64,000 nt of DNA from a candidate division WOR-3 bacterium (GTDB lineage: Bacteria > Hydrothermota > Tepidihabitantia > B3-TA06). Location of the stretch: assembly GCA_965649265.1 (NCBI GenBank), contig CBFGKC010000012.1:1-64000 (forward strand), written 5' to 3'. The notes beneath the pieces are model-generated. The model saw nothing but the letters and a program-made list of their open reading frames with translations, was not told the origin of the DNA and searched no databases. Positions 27,813-37,414 of this stretch are shown piece by piece; the stretch's first letter is position 1; each line of letters opens with the position of its first letter. A program made the translations under genes and the position numbers.

Positions 27813-29621
27813 ATGAGTATTTTGAGATTCTGCATAATCCTCTTGACCTTTACCGCTGTTGCGTGTGTACCGAATTACCCCCCTCCCCAACTCTACAGGC
27901 TTAATGAATCCAGCACATACGAAATAAAGGAACTCGCGATTTACGCAAGAACCCATGCTCCAGAGGATGAAGCTTTTATTGCCGTCCAGCGCATTGCGGA
28001 GCCATTCATCAAGGCTAAGGACTGGGATAAGGCGGTAAAAGTGTTTGAAGAATATCGCCCTCTCTTCGGTGTCATGGACGAAAGATTCGGGGAAATCCTG
28101 CGGATTCTCGAAGCCCCTCGGGAAAGCCTACTGGTGACAAATCTCGGCCCCGGTATCAACACTAAGGGTGACGAGGGATTTCCAATACCTACGGCGGATA
28201 GCCGGACAATCTATTTTACCGCGAGTAAAAGGCCCGACTCCTGGGGTGGAGAGGACATCTTTGTTTCAAGTCTTGAAAACGGGGTGTGGCGTCAGTCTTC
28301 CAACCTCGGTCCCGGCATTAACACCGAAAACAACGAATCGGCAACATCTGTTTCGGCCGATGGGACAAGGCTTTTTTTCTTTGGACACTATACGGGAAGT
28401 TACGGTCGCGGTGACATTTTTTACTCGCTTGTGACCCCTGAAGGTTGGGGAGCAGTCGAGCATTTCAGGCGGCCTGTCAATACCGTCTATTTCGAATCTG
28501 ACGGCTTACTTTCGTCCGACGGGAAGGCTCTCTTCTTCACCTCTGACAGGCCAGGAAATGCAGGATGCTTTCACCAAAAGGACGAACCCTTTCACGGCAA
28601 CACATGGGGTAACACCGACATATACGTTTGCGTCTGGCAGGACACGGGATGGGGGGAGCCTGTAAACCTTGGACCTGTAATCAACACCCCATATGCCGAA
28701 CGCACACCGTTCCTGCATCCGGACGGCAAAACGCTCTACTTCTCCTCCGACGGTCATACAGGTCTGGGCAGGCTTGACGTTTTCAAATCCACGAGACTCT
28801 CCGACACGTCCTGGACTCAGTGGAGCAAGCCCCGGAATCTCGGCAAGGAACTCAACACGGCAGGTGACGATTTCGGGTACAAGATCTCGACTTCGGGCGA
28901 AGCGGCTTATTATGCCGCATTCGGCGAGAACGGCGGCTACGGTGGGTACGACGTTTATTCTACCTCCCTTCCGGGTCAGGCAAGACCGAGCGCGGTTGCA
29001 ACGATCACCGGCATTGTCAAGAACGAGCAAGGTTCGCCCATCCAGGCGGCCATCAAGTGGGAGAATCTTGCATCCGGCGAAAATGCGGGCGAGCTCCAGA
29101 GCGATCCGAGGGACGGGAGTTATTTCATCGCTCTCCCTCTCGGAATCAACTACGGCTATTACGCCGAAAAGCAGGGCTACTATCCCATTTCAAAAAACAT
29201 CGATCTCTCGAACACCGTTCGACCCATCGAGATTACCGAGGACATAATCATGGTCTCGGTAAAGGAAGTTGTCGAACAGGGTACACCTGTGCGGATTAAC
29301 AACATCTTTTTCGATTTCGACCAGTACACACTGAGACCTGAATCTTATCCAGAGCTAAAAAGACTCGCCGATTTGCTCAAATCAAACCCGGCAACGAAGG
29401 TTGTGATCGCCGGACATACCGACGACGTCGGGTCTGACTCATACAATATGAAGCTTTCCCTTAAGCGCGCGAAGGCCGTAGTAGACTACCTCGTAAGCAT
29501 TGGATGCGAGAAGGAGGGGCTTGTACCAAAGGGCTACGGGAAGTTGAAGCCGGTGACCACGAACCAAACAGACGAAGGAAGGGCACAGAACAGGAGGGTC
29601 GAGTTCATGTTCGTAAAATAG
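27813..29621 (+). CDS. PorE-like lipoprotein (PD40 propeller, carboxypeptidase-regulatory-like domain, OmpA C-terminal domain)
   Basis: Lipobox AVAC; 'NLGPGINT' PD40 repeats; 'GHTDDVG..YN..LS..RA...NRRVEF'. Confidence 0.85.
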   Translation: MSILRFCIILLTFTAVACVPNYPPPQLYRLNESSTYEIKELAIYARTHAPEDEAFIAVQRIAEPFIKAKDWDKAVKVFEEYRPLFGVMDERFGEILRILEAPRESLLVTNLGPGINTKGDEGFPIPTADSRTIYFTASKRPDSWGGEDIFVSSLENGVWRQSSNLGPGINTENNESATSVSADGTRLFFFGHYTGSYGRGDIFYSLVTPEGWGAVEHFRRPVNTVYFESDGLLSSDGKALFFTSDRPGNAGCFHQKDEPFHGNTWGNTDIYVCVWQDTGWGEPVNLGPVINTPYAERTPFLHPDGKTLYFSSDGHTGLGRLDVFKSTRLSDTSWTQWSKPRNLGKELNTAGDDFGYKISTSGEAAYYAAFGENGGYGGYDVYSTSLPGQARPSAVATITGIVKNEQGSPIQAAIKWENLASGENAGELQSDPRDGSYFIALPLGINYGYYAEKQGYYPISKNIDLSNTVRPIEITEDIIMVSVKEVVEQGTPVRINNIFFDFDQYTLRPESYPELKRLADLLKSNPATKVVIAGHTDDVGSDSYNMKLSLKRAKAVVDYLVSIGCEKEGLVPKGYGKLKPVTTNQTDEGRAQNRRVEFMFVK

Positions 29622-29678
29622 GCGATAAAACCGAACTGGAATTTTGAGAATTCCGGTTCGGGAGATAAAGGAGGAGTA

Positions 29679-31118
29679 ATGAGCGTTAGATTAATAAAAC
29701 CATCCCTTTTAACATCGCTGTTTCTTTACGTAGCCGTCATTTCTGTGACCCGGGGAGAAACCTGGATACGCCAGTACGGGCTCATCGGCAGCGACAGAGT
29801 GTATTCGCTCGATTTGACTCCCGACGGAAGCTACATAGCTGCTGGCAGAACCACTTCCTTCAACGATTGGAGCTTTGAAGACGCATATCTTTTGAGGATA
29901 GATCTTCACGGCGATACACTCTGGACAAAATATTACGGTGGAATCTACGATGAACGCTTCTACTCGGTTAAAACCACTTCCGACTCCGGATACGTCATGG
30001 CCGGATACACTGAGGGAACGGATACGCTTGACCTGGACTACTACATTGTAAAAGCGGATCGTGACGGCGAAATTATCTGGGAGAAAACGTACGGAGGAGC
30101 AAGCGTCGACACGGCCTACGGCATTTGCGAGCTCTCCGGAGGCGGATACATCGTGGTCGGCAATACTGCGTCTTACGGGGGAGGGGGGACAGACATCCGG
30201 CTTCTTCGCCTTAATTCCTCAGGCGACACGCTTTGGTCCAAAACATATGGGGGTCCGAAGGATGACTACGGTTACTCGATCCTCGAGACCGGGGATGGGG
30301 GTTTCCTTATTTCCGGGGCCGCTGTTCCTGAAGACAGCACCGAAACCGATCTCTATCTCCTCGAAGTGGATAAAGACGGAACGCCTCAGTGGGATAAACA
30401 TTACGGCGGCCAGTGGGACGAACTCGGATACTTCCTTTGTCACACATCCGACGGCGGATACGCGGTGGCGGGATTCACATTCTCGGAAAGCATGGGTTGG
30501 AGTGACGTCTGGCTCCTCAGGCTCGACTCTTCCGGCGACACGCTGTGGACCAGGAAGTACGGCGGCGCAGGCAAGGATGAGGGCTACTCGGTCTGGCAGT
30601 GTTCGGACTCCGGTTTCATCGTGGCCGGCTACACCATGTCTTTCGGTGCAGGCCAGGAGGATTTCTTTGTAATAAGAACCGACTCCTTCGGTGACACCAT
30701 TTGGACCCGTACCTTCGGAGGTGACGGCGCCGACCTTGCATACGGGGCACGTCAGGTCGAAGACGGAGGGTTCATGATCGCCGGAAGAATGCGCTCGTTC
30801 GGACTCGCGCGCTGCGACGTTTATCTCGTAAAAACAGATGCTGATGGCAACGTGAGCGGCGTTGCAGAACCCTTAACACACTCCTTCCCCCCTCTTTTAC
30901 TCGACGCCACGGCACTTTCCTCAATTTGCTACTCATTGCCTCAAGGAGAGCAGGGAACGATCGGCCTCTATGATCCGGCGGGCCGCCGTATCGAGAGTCT
31001 CCCGGTCCACGGTACGGGCAGCCTAAATTTGAAGGCAGGCCTGGCCTCCGGCGTGTATTTCGTCAGGTTGGAGGCAGGGCGTTCCACTTTGATAAGGAAG
31101 GCTCTGGTTTTGAAGTAA
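29679..31118 (+). CDS. Secreted beta-propeller protein with T9SS-like C-terminal domain
   Basis: 'GDTLWxxxYGG' repeats; 'ASGVYFVRLE...KALVLK'. Confidence 0.85.
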   Translation: MSVRLIKPSLLTSLFLYVAVISVTRGETWIRQYGLIGSDRVYSLDLTPDGSYIAAGRTTSFNDWSFEDAYLLRIDLHGDTLWTKYYGGIYDERFYSVKTTSDSGYVMAGYTEGTDTLDLDYYIVKADRDGEIIWEKTYGGASVDTAYGICELSGGGYIVVGNTASYGGGGTDIRLLRLNSSGDTLWSKTYGGPKDDYGYSILETGDGGFLISGAAVPEDSTETDLYLLEVDKDGTPQWDKHYGGQWDELGYFLCHTSDGGYAVAGFTFSESMGWSDVWLLRLDSSGDTLWTRKYGGAGKDEGYSVWQCSDSGFIVAGYTMSFGAGQEDFFVIRTDSFGDTIWTRTFGGDGADLAYGARQVEDGGFMIAGRMRSFGLARCDVYLVKTDADGNVSGVAEPLTHSFPPLLLDATALSSICYSLPQGEQGTIGLYDPAGRRIESLPVHGTGSLNLKAGLASGVYFVRLEAGRSTLIRKALVLK

Positions 31119-31191
31119 AATCGGCATAATTTTCAACGGGAGATGAGGCGAAACTCCGTTTTTTATAGTAAACATAAGAGAATTACCTGTA

Positions 31192-31219
31192 TTGACAAAA
31201 AAAGTCTTTATATTATACT
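31192..31219 (+). promoter_or_regulatory. Sigma70 promoter upstream of a structured leader
   Basis: TTGACA-16nt-TATACT. Confidence 0.6.
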
Positions 31220-31222
31220 CTA

Positions 31223-31482
31223 ATTGAGGCGGCATCCTGAGATAAGGAAGATGCAGTTGATGGATTTGCCAGCAAAATCTAGAACGGTAAAAGTGACTCG
31301 TAAAGGATTATAGTTTTACGAGTCCTGGGTCCGTTGATTGGAAAAATCCAAACCTGGAGGTACAGAAGCAGGTAAATAAGGCCTTTGAGGGGAAGGCTCC
31401 AAGCGGGTCCTTCTCAATCAGCAATCAATAGATCGTTACGAGATGACATACCGTGAGAGGTATGGAAACAGGTTTAAGGAGG
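31223..31482 (+). ncRNA. Candidate structured 5' leader / cis-regulatory RNA
   Basis: Several complementary segments including a perfect 10-bp GACTCGTAAA/TTTACGAGTC stem; no family recognised. Confidence 0.35.
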
Positions 31483-31489
31483 TTTTTTG

Positions 31490-34400
31490 ATGAAGCGATG
31501 CTTTTCGCTTTTAGTAACAACAATCCTTGCGGTTCCTCTGTTCGCCTCGGTTGAAGGCGATTGGCAAGGAGAGGTTAGGATATCAGGCACTTCAGGTCAT
31601 TCTTACTTGCAGATTGACAACGCACGAGCGATTGCAGTTGACTCTAACAACGTCCACATTGTCTGGCGAGCTCCGGCTCATACTAAAACTCTTCGATATG
31701 CCCACTTCCCCATTTCTTCCCCACCAGCGGCACCGGATACCGGTTTGATCATTGCGGATAACTATGATGGGACTGATGCTCAAGCGCCGATGGTTGCCTG
31801 CGCTGGTGGTAAAGTTCACGTTGATTGGTTTTATTCTCAAGCTGTTCCCTATATTCATTTTAGGGAATACAACGGTTCTTCATGGGGCTCTATAATAAAT
31901 CACGGCAGGTACAATATATTAGACGGCAAAGATCCCTCGATAGCCGACGATAAGCAAGGGAATACTCATTGCGTTTTTTGCCTTCGTGGGAGCGTACTAA
32001 CACCTAAAAGCTACTACATGTTTTACCAGCGCAGAGATGCAGGTGCTAGCGGTTTTACTTCTGCTGTTAGTATTTACAACACAGGCGATCCTGACAGATA
32101 CATACAATATCCTTCAATCTGCGTCGGCGATAACGGCACCATCCATGTGGCCGCGTTGTACGATTACTCCTCAAACAATTACAACTTGCTTTACTCTTAC
32201 AGTACGAATAACGGGGCAAGCTGGAACAATTACGGACTGAGTAATGTTCTTCTCCCTCTTGGAGCCTATACTTCTATCTGCTGCGGCAAAAACAACATTC
32301 CATATATAGCCTTTGTGAGCAAAGATTCGCCTAACCAGATCTTTGTGACCACTTTCCAAGGTGGGGCTCTTACAACACCGGTAAATATAAGCCAGTCTAC
32401 CGGAATCTGTTACAACCCTTCGATTTGCTGCGACACCTTTGGAAATATCTGGGTTGCCTATCAAAGTTACGCCACGGGCACTAGTGAGGTTTATTACAAC
32501 GTTCTGGATGCGGAGACGATGACCTGGAGTGGTTCCCAGATACGAACCAGCCCAGATGCAATCCATTCTTTCTCGCCGCATATCGCTTCTGACCCTTATG
32601 GCAATGTACATTTGTGTTGGCTGGACAGACGCGACAAGGATACATCTGAGGTCTACTATAGCTGGTTCCGGGCTACACCGCCGCTTGACGCCGGTGTCGT
32701 ATCCATTGACACCCCTGCGGACACGGTGTGGTCTGCACGCAGCTATACGCCACAGGCTACGATCAAAAATTTTCGTGATGAACCGCTTACCTTCCATGTT
32801 GTGTGCGATTTCGATTCTTCGGGTGTCTCAATCTACAGCGATACGGTGACCGTGACTGATTTGCAATATGAGGAGACGAGACAGGTGACTTTTTCCGAAT
32901 GGATTACAGGTGGAGCCGACGGCATTGATTATCTCATGAAGGTAAAAACCCTTGTACCTAATGATGTGGACACCACCAATGATGTAAAGTCCAAAAATGT
33001 CCGTGCGATGTGGATACCGCCCGATGTCGGCTCCATATCACTCGACGTGCCCGGCGACACCGCCTATCTCGGCGTAACCTATGCACCAAAAGCTACGGTA
33101 AAAAACTTCAACGAGTACCCTGCATTGAGCTTCGACGTGGTGTGCGAGTTCTCCTCTGTAGAGGTAACCATGTACTCGGATACCGTGCACGTCACAAATC
33201 TCGATTCGATGGGCACAGTCCAGGTTACTTTCGAGAACTGGACGCCTACCGCGGATCTTCCTTATCGGATGACGGTCTTCACCTTGTGTGAGGGCGACAG
33301 GGTTTCCTCGAACGATTCGAAATCTAAAGTGGTCCTGGTTGTGCAACCGGTTCGCGACGTAGCTGTCAAGAACGTTATCTCCCCGCCTTCACAGGTTACA
33401 CCCGGCGGCACTTACGTACCGGGGGCGACCGTCGCCAACTTCTGGAGCGCACCCTTGAGCTTCGACGTAGTCTGCGACGTCTACACGTCGATGGACCACG
33501 TATATTCGGATACAGTGGCGATGACCAGCCTTGCCGGTGGTTCGAGCGAGCAGGTCGCATTTGCTCCATGGACCGCGGGTCCGACCGAGGGTCTTGAGTA
33601 TACGGTAACCGTAAGCTCTCTCCTCGATGATGACGTTGACCATTCAAACGACTTCTTCTCAAAAACGGTGACGACTAAAGAGGGAGCCGGTGGTTTCGAT
33701 ATCGCTATCCAAAAGATCCTTTCACCGCCCGACCTCGTATTCGCAGGTTCGACTCACGCGCCGAGGGCGCAGGTTGCGAACCTTTCCGATGACCCAGTGA
33801 GCGTTGACGTTATCTGCAAATTCGGGCTTTCTTCGCTTACTGTCTATGAGGATACCGTCCAGGTCCCGGCACTTGCTCCGGGCGAAGATCGCGAGATAAG
33901 TTTCAACAACTGGACTGCAGGTACAACCGAAGGGCTTGAGTATGACATGACCGTTTCCTGTTTCCTCGAAGGCGACTTGAATCACGCCAACGACATCTGT
34001 TCGAAAGAGATAACGACTATTGCCTCGCTTGCCGATCTCGACATTCAGGACTACGCCGGAAACATTTCGGCCAACACCATGGAACTGACGGGTTTCGAAA
34101 ACTCCATAGTCGTCGGCTCCTACGTGATCGTAAATCCTGACAACGAAGAGAAGAATGTTGACCTCTTCGATGGTCCTGCAAACGTCAGTCTTGAATCTCT
34201 TACGTTCGCGTCGACCGATCTAACGACGTATGACGGCAGATACTCCATCAGCGCGTCAAGGATCGATCCAAATCTCGAAGGTTTCTCGTCCTTAGCTCTC
34301 GGCAAGGCCGTTAAGGACATCGTACAGGTCTACATTCCTCGTAAAACAAAGGAAGAGACCTTTACGGGTACCGTGAGCGTCACCGGTTCAGGCCAGGGTT

Positions 34401-35017
34401 CAGAAACCGCCGATGAGTTTACGCTCAAACTTACGATAGTCCACGGAAAGAACTCCGGGCCATGCGCCCAGGGATTTTTTGGTGAGTCCCTGGTAGAGGG
34501 CAATCAGCTCTGCTGGTCTAACTTCGGGTTCGGCGAACAGGGCTTCAATCTCTACCGGGCCGAGCCGGGTTCTGAATCGTTCACGAAATTGAATGAAGGA
34601 GCCCTGAATCTCAACGAGTACACCGATATCGATGTCGAGGCCTCCAAAGACTACTCGTACAAGCTCGGGTTAAAAATGCCCGACGGAAAAGAACTTACAC
34701 TCGGTCCCCTCTCTATCACCTCGTCGGAAGAGATAGGGGAACCGGTTCTCGGCGTTAACAGCCTGAGTTCCCGGACCGAAGAAACCGAAATAAGCTATTT
34801 TCTACCCAAAGGAACAAGTTCAGCAACTCTGAAAGTATACGACATATCAGGCAAGCTCGTAAAAATCCTCGCCAGCGGTTCAACAACGCCCGGATTCCAT
34901 ACGGCCCCATGGAACCGTTTGGACCAGAGCGGACGTAAGATTACTCCCGGTATCTACTTCTGCATACTTTCGGCAGGAAACAAGACGAAGACCCAAAAGA
35001 TGGTTATCGTCAACTAA
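31490..35017 (+). CDS. Large secreted protein: beta-propeller, four CARDB/Ig-like repeats, FlgD-Ig/T9SS-like C-terminal domain
   Basis: Signal peptide; four ~110-aa repeats 'D.....I..P...D.D..ND..SK'; 'KVYDISGKLVK...PGIYF...KMVIVN'. Confidence 0.85.
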   Translation: MKRCFSLLVTTILAVPLFASVEGDWQGEVRISGTSGHSYLQIDNARAIAVDSNNVHIVWRAPAHTKTLRYAHFPISSPPAAPDTGLIIADNYDGTDAQAPMVACAGGKVHVDWFYSQAVPYIHFREYNGSSWGSIINHGRYNILDGKDPSIADDKQGNTHCVFCLRGSVLTPKSYYMFYQRRDAGASGFTSAVSIYNTGDPDRYIQYPSICVGDNGTIHVAALYDYSSNNYNLLYSYSTNNGASWNNYGLSNVLLPLGAYTSICCGKNNIPYIAFVSKDSPNQIFVTTFQGGALTTPVNISQSTGICYNPSICCDTFGNIWVAYQSYATGTSEVYYNVLDAETMTWSGSQIRTSPDAIHSFSPHIASDPYGNVHLCWLDRRDKDTSEVYYSWFRATPPLDAGVVSIDTPADTVWSARSYTPQATIKNFRDEPLTFHVVCDFDSSGVSIYSDTVTVTDLQYEETRQVTFSEWITGGADGIDYLMKVKTLVPNDVDTTNDVKSKNVRAMWIPPDVGSISLDVPGDTAYLGVTYAPKATVKNFNEYPALSFDVVCEFSSVEVTMYSDTVHVTNLDSMGTVQVTFENWTPTADLPYRMTVFTLCEGDRVSSNDSKSKVVLVVQPVRDVAVKNVISPPSQVTPGGTYVPGATVANFWSAPLSFDVVCDVYTSMDHVYSDTVAMTSLAGGSSEQVAFAPWTAGPTEGLEYTVTVSSLLDDDVDHSNDFFSKTVTTKEGAGGFDIAIQKILSPPDLVFAGSTHAPRAQVANLSDDPVSVDVICKFGLSSLTVYEDTVQVPALAPGEDREISFNNWTAGTTEGLEYDMTVSCFLEGDLNHANDICSKEITTIASLADLDIQDYAGNISANTMELTGFENSIVVGSYVIVNPDNEEKNVDLFDGPANVSLESLTFASTDLTTYDGRYSISASRIDPNLEGFSSLALGKAVKDIVQVYIPRKTKEETFTGTVSVTGSGQGSETADEFTLKLTIVHGKNSGPCAQGFFGESLVEGNQLCWSNFGFGEQGFNLYRAEPGSESFTKLNEGALNLNEYTDIDVEASKDYSYKLGLKMPDGKELTLGPLSITSSEEIGEPVLGVNSLSSRTEETEISYFLPKGTSSATLKVYDISGKLVKILASGSTTPGFHTAPWNRLDQSGRKITPGIYFCILSAGNKTKTQKMVIVN

Positions 35018-35032
35018 GTTGCTTTAATACGT

Positions 35033-35064
35033 AAGAAGGGCGGCCTCGCCGCCCTTCTTTTTTT
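35033..35064 (+). terminator. Intrinsic terminator
   Basis: AAGAAGGGCGGC-ctc-GCCGCCCTTCTT followed by a T tract. Confidence 0.85.
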
Positions 35065-35117
35065 GGATAATGGAAATTTCTTTCTGTTAAAAACTCCATA
35101 TATCGTGCAAGATAATG

Positions 35118-36083
35118 CTAGTGCATCTCATCTTCGCGTCGGCGAAAATCGGGCTGGTGCTTGAATTCCACGCCCAGGCCTTCTTGCAACCAACCGTTTG
35201 AAAAACCTAGGCTTAGCATGTAATCCGCGGCCTCCTGGTACTCGGTGTGATTCAAGGTTCGGTCATAAGGTGTGTTACGGGTTCTTTGCGTCGGGAAGTA
35301 CTGGCCCATAAGTGATATAGCTACGCCGTCACCCAGGGTATCTCTGATCGTATCCAGCACGTTATGTGTGTTTTGGGATTCGCCCGGAATAATCAAGTGA
35401 CGTATTATCAATACTTTACATGCAACATTCTCTGAATCGACCACAAGATCGCCTGCTTGGCGGTACATCTCAGCTAACGCCGCGCGATTAACCCTGGGGT
35501 AATCGGGTGCCCCTGAGAGCGTCTTTGCAAGTTCAGCGTCCGCGTATTTTGCGTCCGGAAGATAAATGTCGACCACACCATCCAGAAGTTCGAGCGCATC
35601 CAAGTTCTCGTAGCCTGAGCAGTTGTAGACTAGAGGAATCGTAAGTCCATCATTAATAGCAATTTTCAACCCTTCGAGCAGCCACGGAAGGTAGTGGGAG
35701 GGGGTCACCCAGTTTATGTTATGCACTCCCGCAGCTTGCAACTCCAGCATGCCTTGGGCAAACTCCTCGATCTTGTAATCCCGACCCTCGCCCTCAAAGC
35801 TTAACTGCCAGTTTTGACAATACTTACACCGCAAGGCGCAGTACGAAAAGAACACCGTTCCCGAGCCGCGCGAACCGGACAGTACGGGCTCTTCTCCCAA
35901 GTGCTTTATAAATCGCGATATACGCAAAGTGTTTCCAGCCCGGCAAAGCCCTGGTTCACCTTCAAGCCTTTTTACGCCGCACATGCGTGGGCATAAGTGA
36001 CACTCCTTTGCAAGGTTATAGGCTTGCTCGATTCTTCGGTCTAACTCGCCTGAACGGAGCAGTGCAAGATACTTCGGTTGCAT
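35118..36083 (-). CDS. Radical SAM protein, PflX-like
   Basis: 'CHLCPRMC', CxxxCxxC 'CALRCKYCQN', 'VDIYLPDAKY'; start moved to ATG 36083 because ATG 36107 lies inside the promoter spacer. Confidence 0.9.
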   Translation of the reverse strand: MQPKYLALLRSGELDRRIEQAYNLAKECHLCPRMCGVKRLEGEPGLCRAGNTLRISRFIKHLGEEPVLSGSRGSGTVFFSYCALRCKYCQNWQLSFEGEGRDYKIEEFAQGMLELQAAGVHNINWVTPSHYLPWLLEGLKIAINDGLTIPLVYNCSGYENLDALELLDGVVDIYLPDAKYADAELAKTLSGAPDYPRVNRAALAEMYRQAGDLVVDSENVACKVLIIRHLIIPGESQNTHNVLDTIRDTLGDGVAISLMGQYFPTQRTRNTPYDRTLNHTEYQEAADYMLSLGFSNGWLQEGLGVEFKHQPDFRRREDEMH

Positions 36084-36189
36084 GTGTGCATTGTAGTCAA
36101 AACTCATAAGGTGTCAATAGGTATGAACTTGTATGGCAACAATGACCTCCGAAACCAGGAGATGTTTCGCGATTGTGAATTTCTTTGGG

Positions 36190-36270
36190 TGAAAAATCGG
36201 GGTAAAAAAAAGTGGGACAAAAGATGGACAAAAAAATGGCCAAAAAGAGGGGTAAATTTTAGAGAAATTG
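36190..36270. repeat. Phased ~11-12-bp direct repeats / A-tracts
   Basis: GGGTAAAAAAAA, GTGGGACAAAA, ATGGACAAAAAAA, TGGCCAAAAA, GGGGTAAA. Confidence 0.6.
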
Positions 36271-36438
36271 CGCATCTTCGTGATTTAGAAGTCAAAAACC
36301 ATAGCGGAAGTTTTTTGGCTTTTTCGGGCGATTTTGGGCCGTTTTCGAGCAAAAAATGAGAAATTCAGAGGAAGTTTGCCGACTGGAAATTGAAGTCGAG
36401 ATAAGCTTGAAACTGTCCTCTAGACGGCAAATTGGTTT

Positions 36439-36519
36439 CACCCTCACCCGGCTTCGCCCCCCTCTTCCGGAGGGCGGCGAGGGGTGTTACGGGTCCCCCT
36501 CCTTGGTGGAGGGGGTGAA
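36439..36519. repeat. REP-like palindromic element, same family as 16940 and 17954
   Basis: CACCCTCACCCG (reverse complement of CGGGTGAGGG at ~17002) and CCCCCTCC-ttggt-GGAGGGGG. Confidence 0.6.
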
Positions 36520-36521
36520 GC

Positions 36522-36726
36522 CTACCTTGCAATTACGACTTTAGATGCTCCGCTATTTGAATCCTGCGACACGATGAAATAGACGCCAGACCTCTCCCTG
36601 CGCCCCATATGATACTGCCCTGGGTTTGGAGCGAGTGCAGCTCCTCGACTTTGCGGCCCGATGCGTTGAAGACCCGCGCTCTGAAACCATTGGCACAGTT
36701 GGAGTAGCGAAGGGTGATCGTGCTAG
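36522..36726 (-). pseudogene. Orphan, frameshifted T9SS-like sorting-domain remnant
   Basis: Translates TITLRYSNCANGFRARVFNASGRKVEELHSLQTQGSIIWG /fs/ SGVYFIV...KVVIAR*, homologous to the C-terminus of 57214..59748; no start or N-terminal part. Confidence 0.85.
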
Positions 36727-36796
36727 CTAGATGGGTAAAGTAGGTACTACAAACTACTCTCTAAGAAATTTTAAGGCCGGGCTCAGGCACAGCATT

Positions 36797-37405
36797 CTAT
36801 TTCAAACTAAGTAATCCGTCTCTAAAAACCTGGAAACTTCTTGAACGATTACTGTGCGGATTCATATAACTTGATATATTGCGTGCGGTTTCTACTTTCG
36901 GTAAACCGCCTTTGTAGTAGCCAGACTTCTGAAGCACTTTTTCTAGAGCTTCCCATGTGCCACCAGTAATTGCATCCGGGATTCGAAACTTTGCTTTTAG
37001 ATCAAGATTAGATGGGATTCTTGGATAAGCTTTTTGTATAGCTTCAACATCTCCAAAGAACCAGGCTTCAAGTTCTTCTATGGCTATTCGATTCAGAACT
37101 AGAAAAGTGCAATTAGATTTTACTGAAGTCTTAGTAATCAAACCAGCATCCTGTGCTGCTTGCTCCAAAGTTTGTTTCAACATTAGACAATCTTGCTGGT
37201 CTTGATCTATCAAAACAACTATTCTCCAATCAATCGGTATCCAGTGTGTATAACCTTTTAGTCGCTTCGGTATTTTTTTGATCAAATCGGTTTTGCCTTC
37301 GTATGGGTGAATATCGAAAGTAACATCTGGAGAGATTATCTTAGGGATAAGATTCTTAAGTGCTGCTTCAGCTGAGGCTTCTTCAACAAGGAATTCTAGA
37401 TGCAT
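36797..37405 (-). CDS. DUF4276-family TOPRIM-like protein
   Basis: 'FLVEE.S', 'VLIDQD', 'ELEAWFFGD', 'NRSRSF'. Confidence 0.8.
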   Translation of the reverse strand: MHLEFLVEEASAEAALKNLIPKIISPDVTFDIHPYEGKTDLIKKIPKRLKGYTHWIPIDWRIVVLIDQDQQDCLMLKQTLEQAAQDAGLITKTSVKSNCTFLVLNRIAIEELEAWFFGDVEAIQKAYPRIPSNLDLKAKFRIPDAITGGTWEALEKVLQKSGYYKGGLPKVETARNISSYMNPHSNRSRSFQVFRDGLLSLK

Positions 37406-37414
37406 AAGAAAATA

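Noticed and set aside
36374-36413. CRISPR array
   Set aside because: A single repeat-like unit with no second copy, spacers or cas genes in the window; kept only as an alternative reading in the findings.
36522-36726. DGR template repeat for 59540-59748
   Set aside because: Differences occur at all four bases rather than only adenines, and no reverse transcriptase is present; it is an ordinary diverged paralogue.
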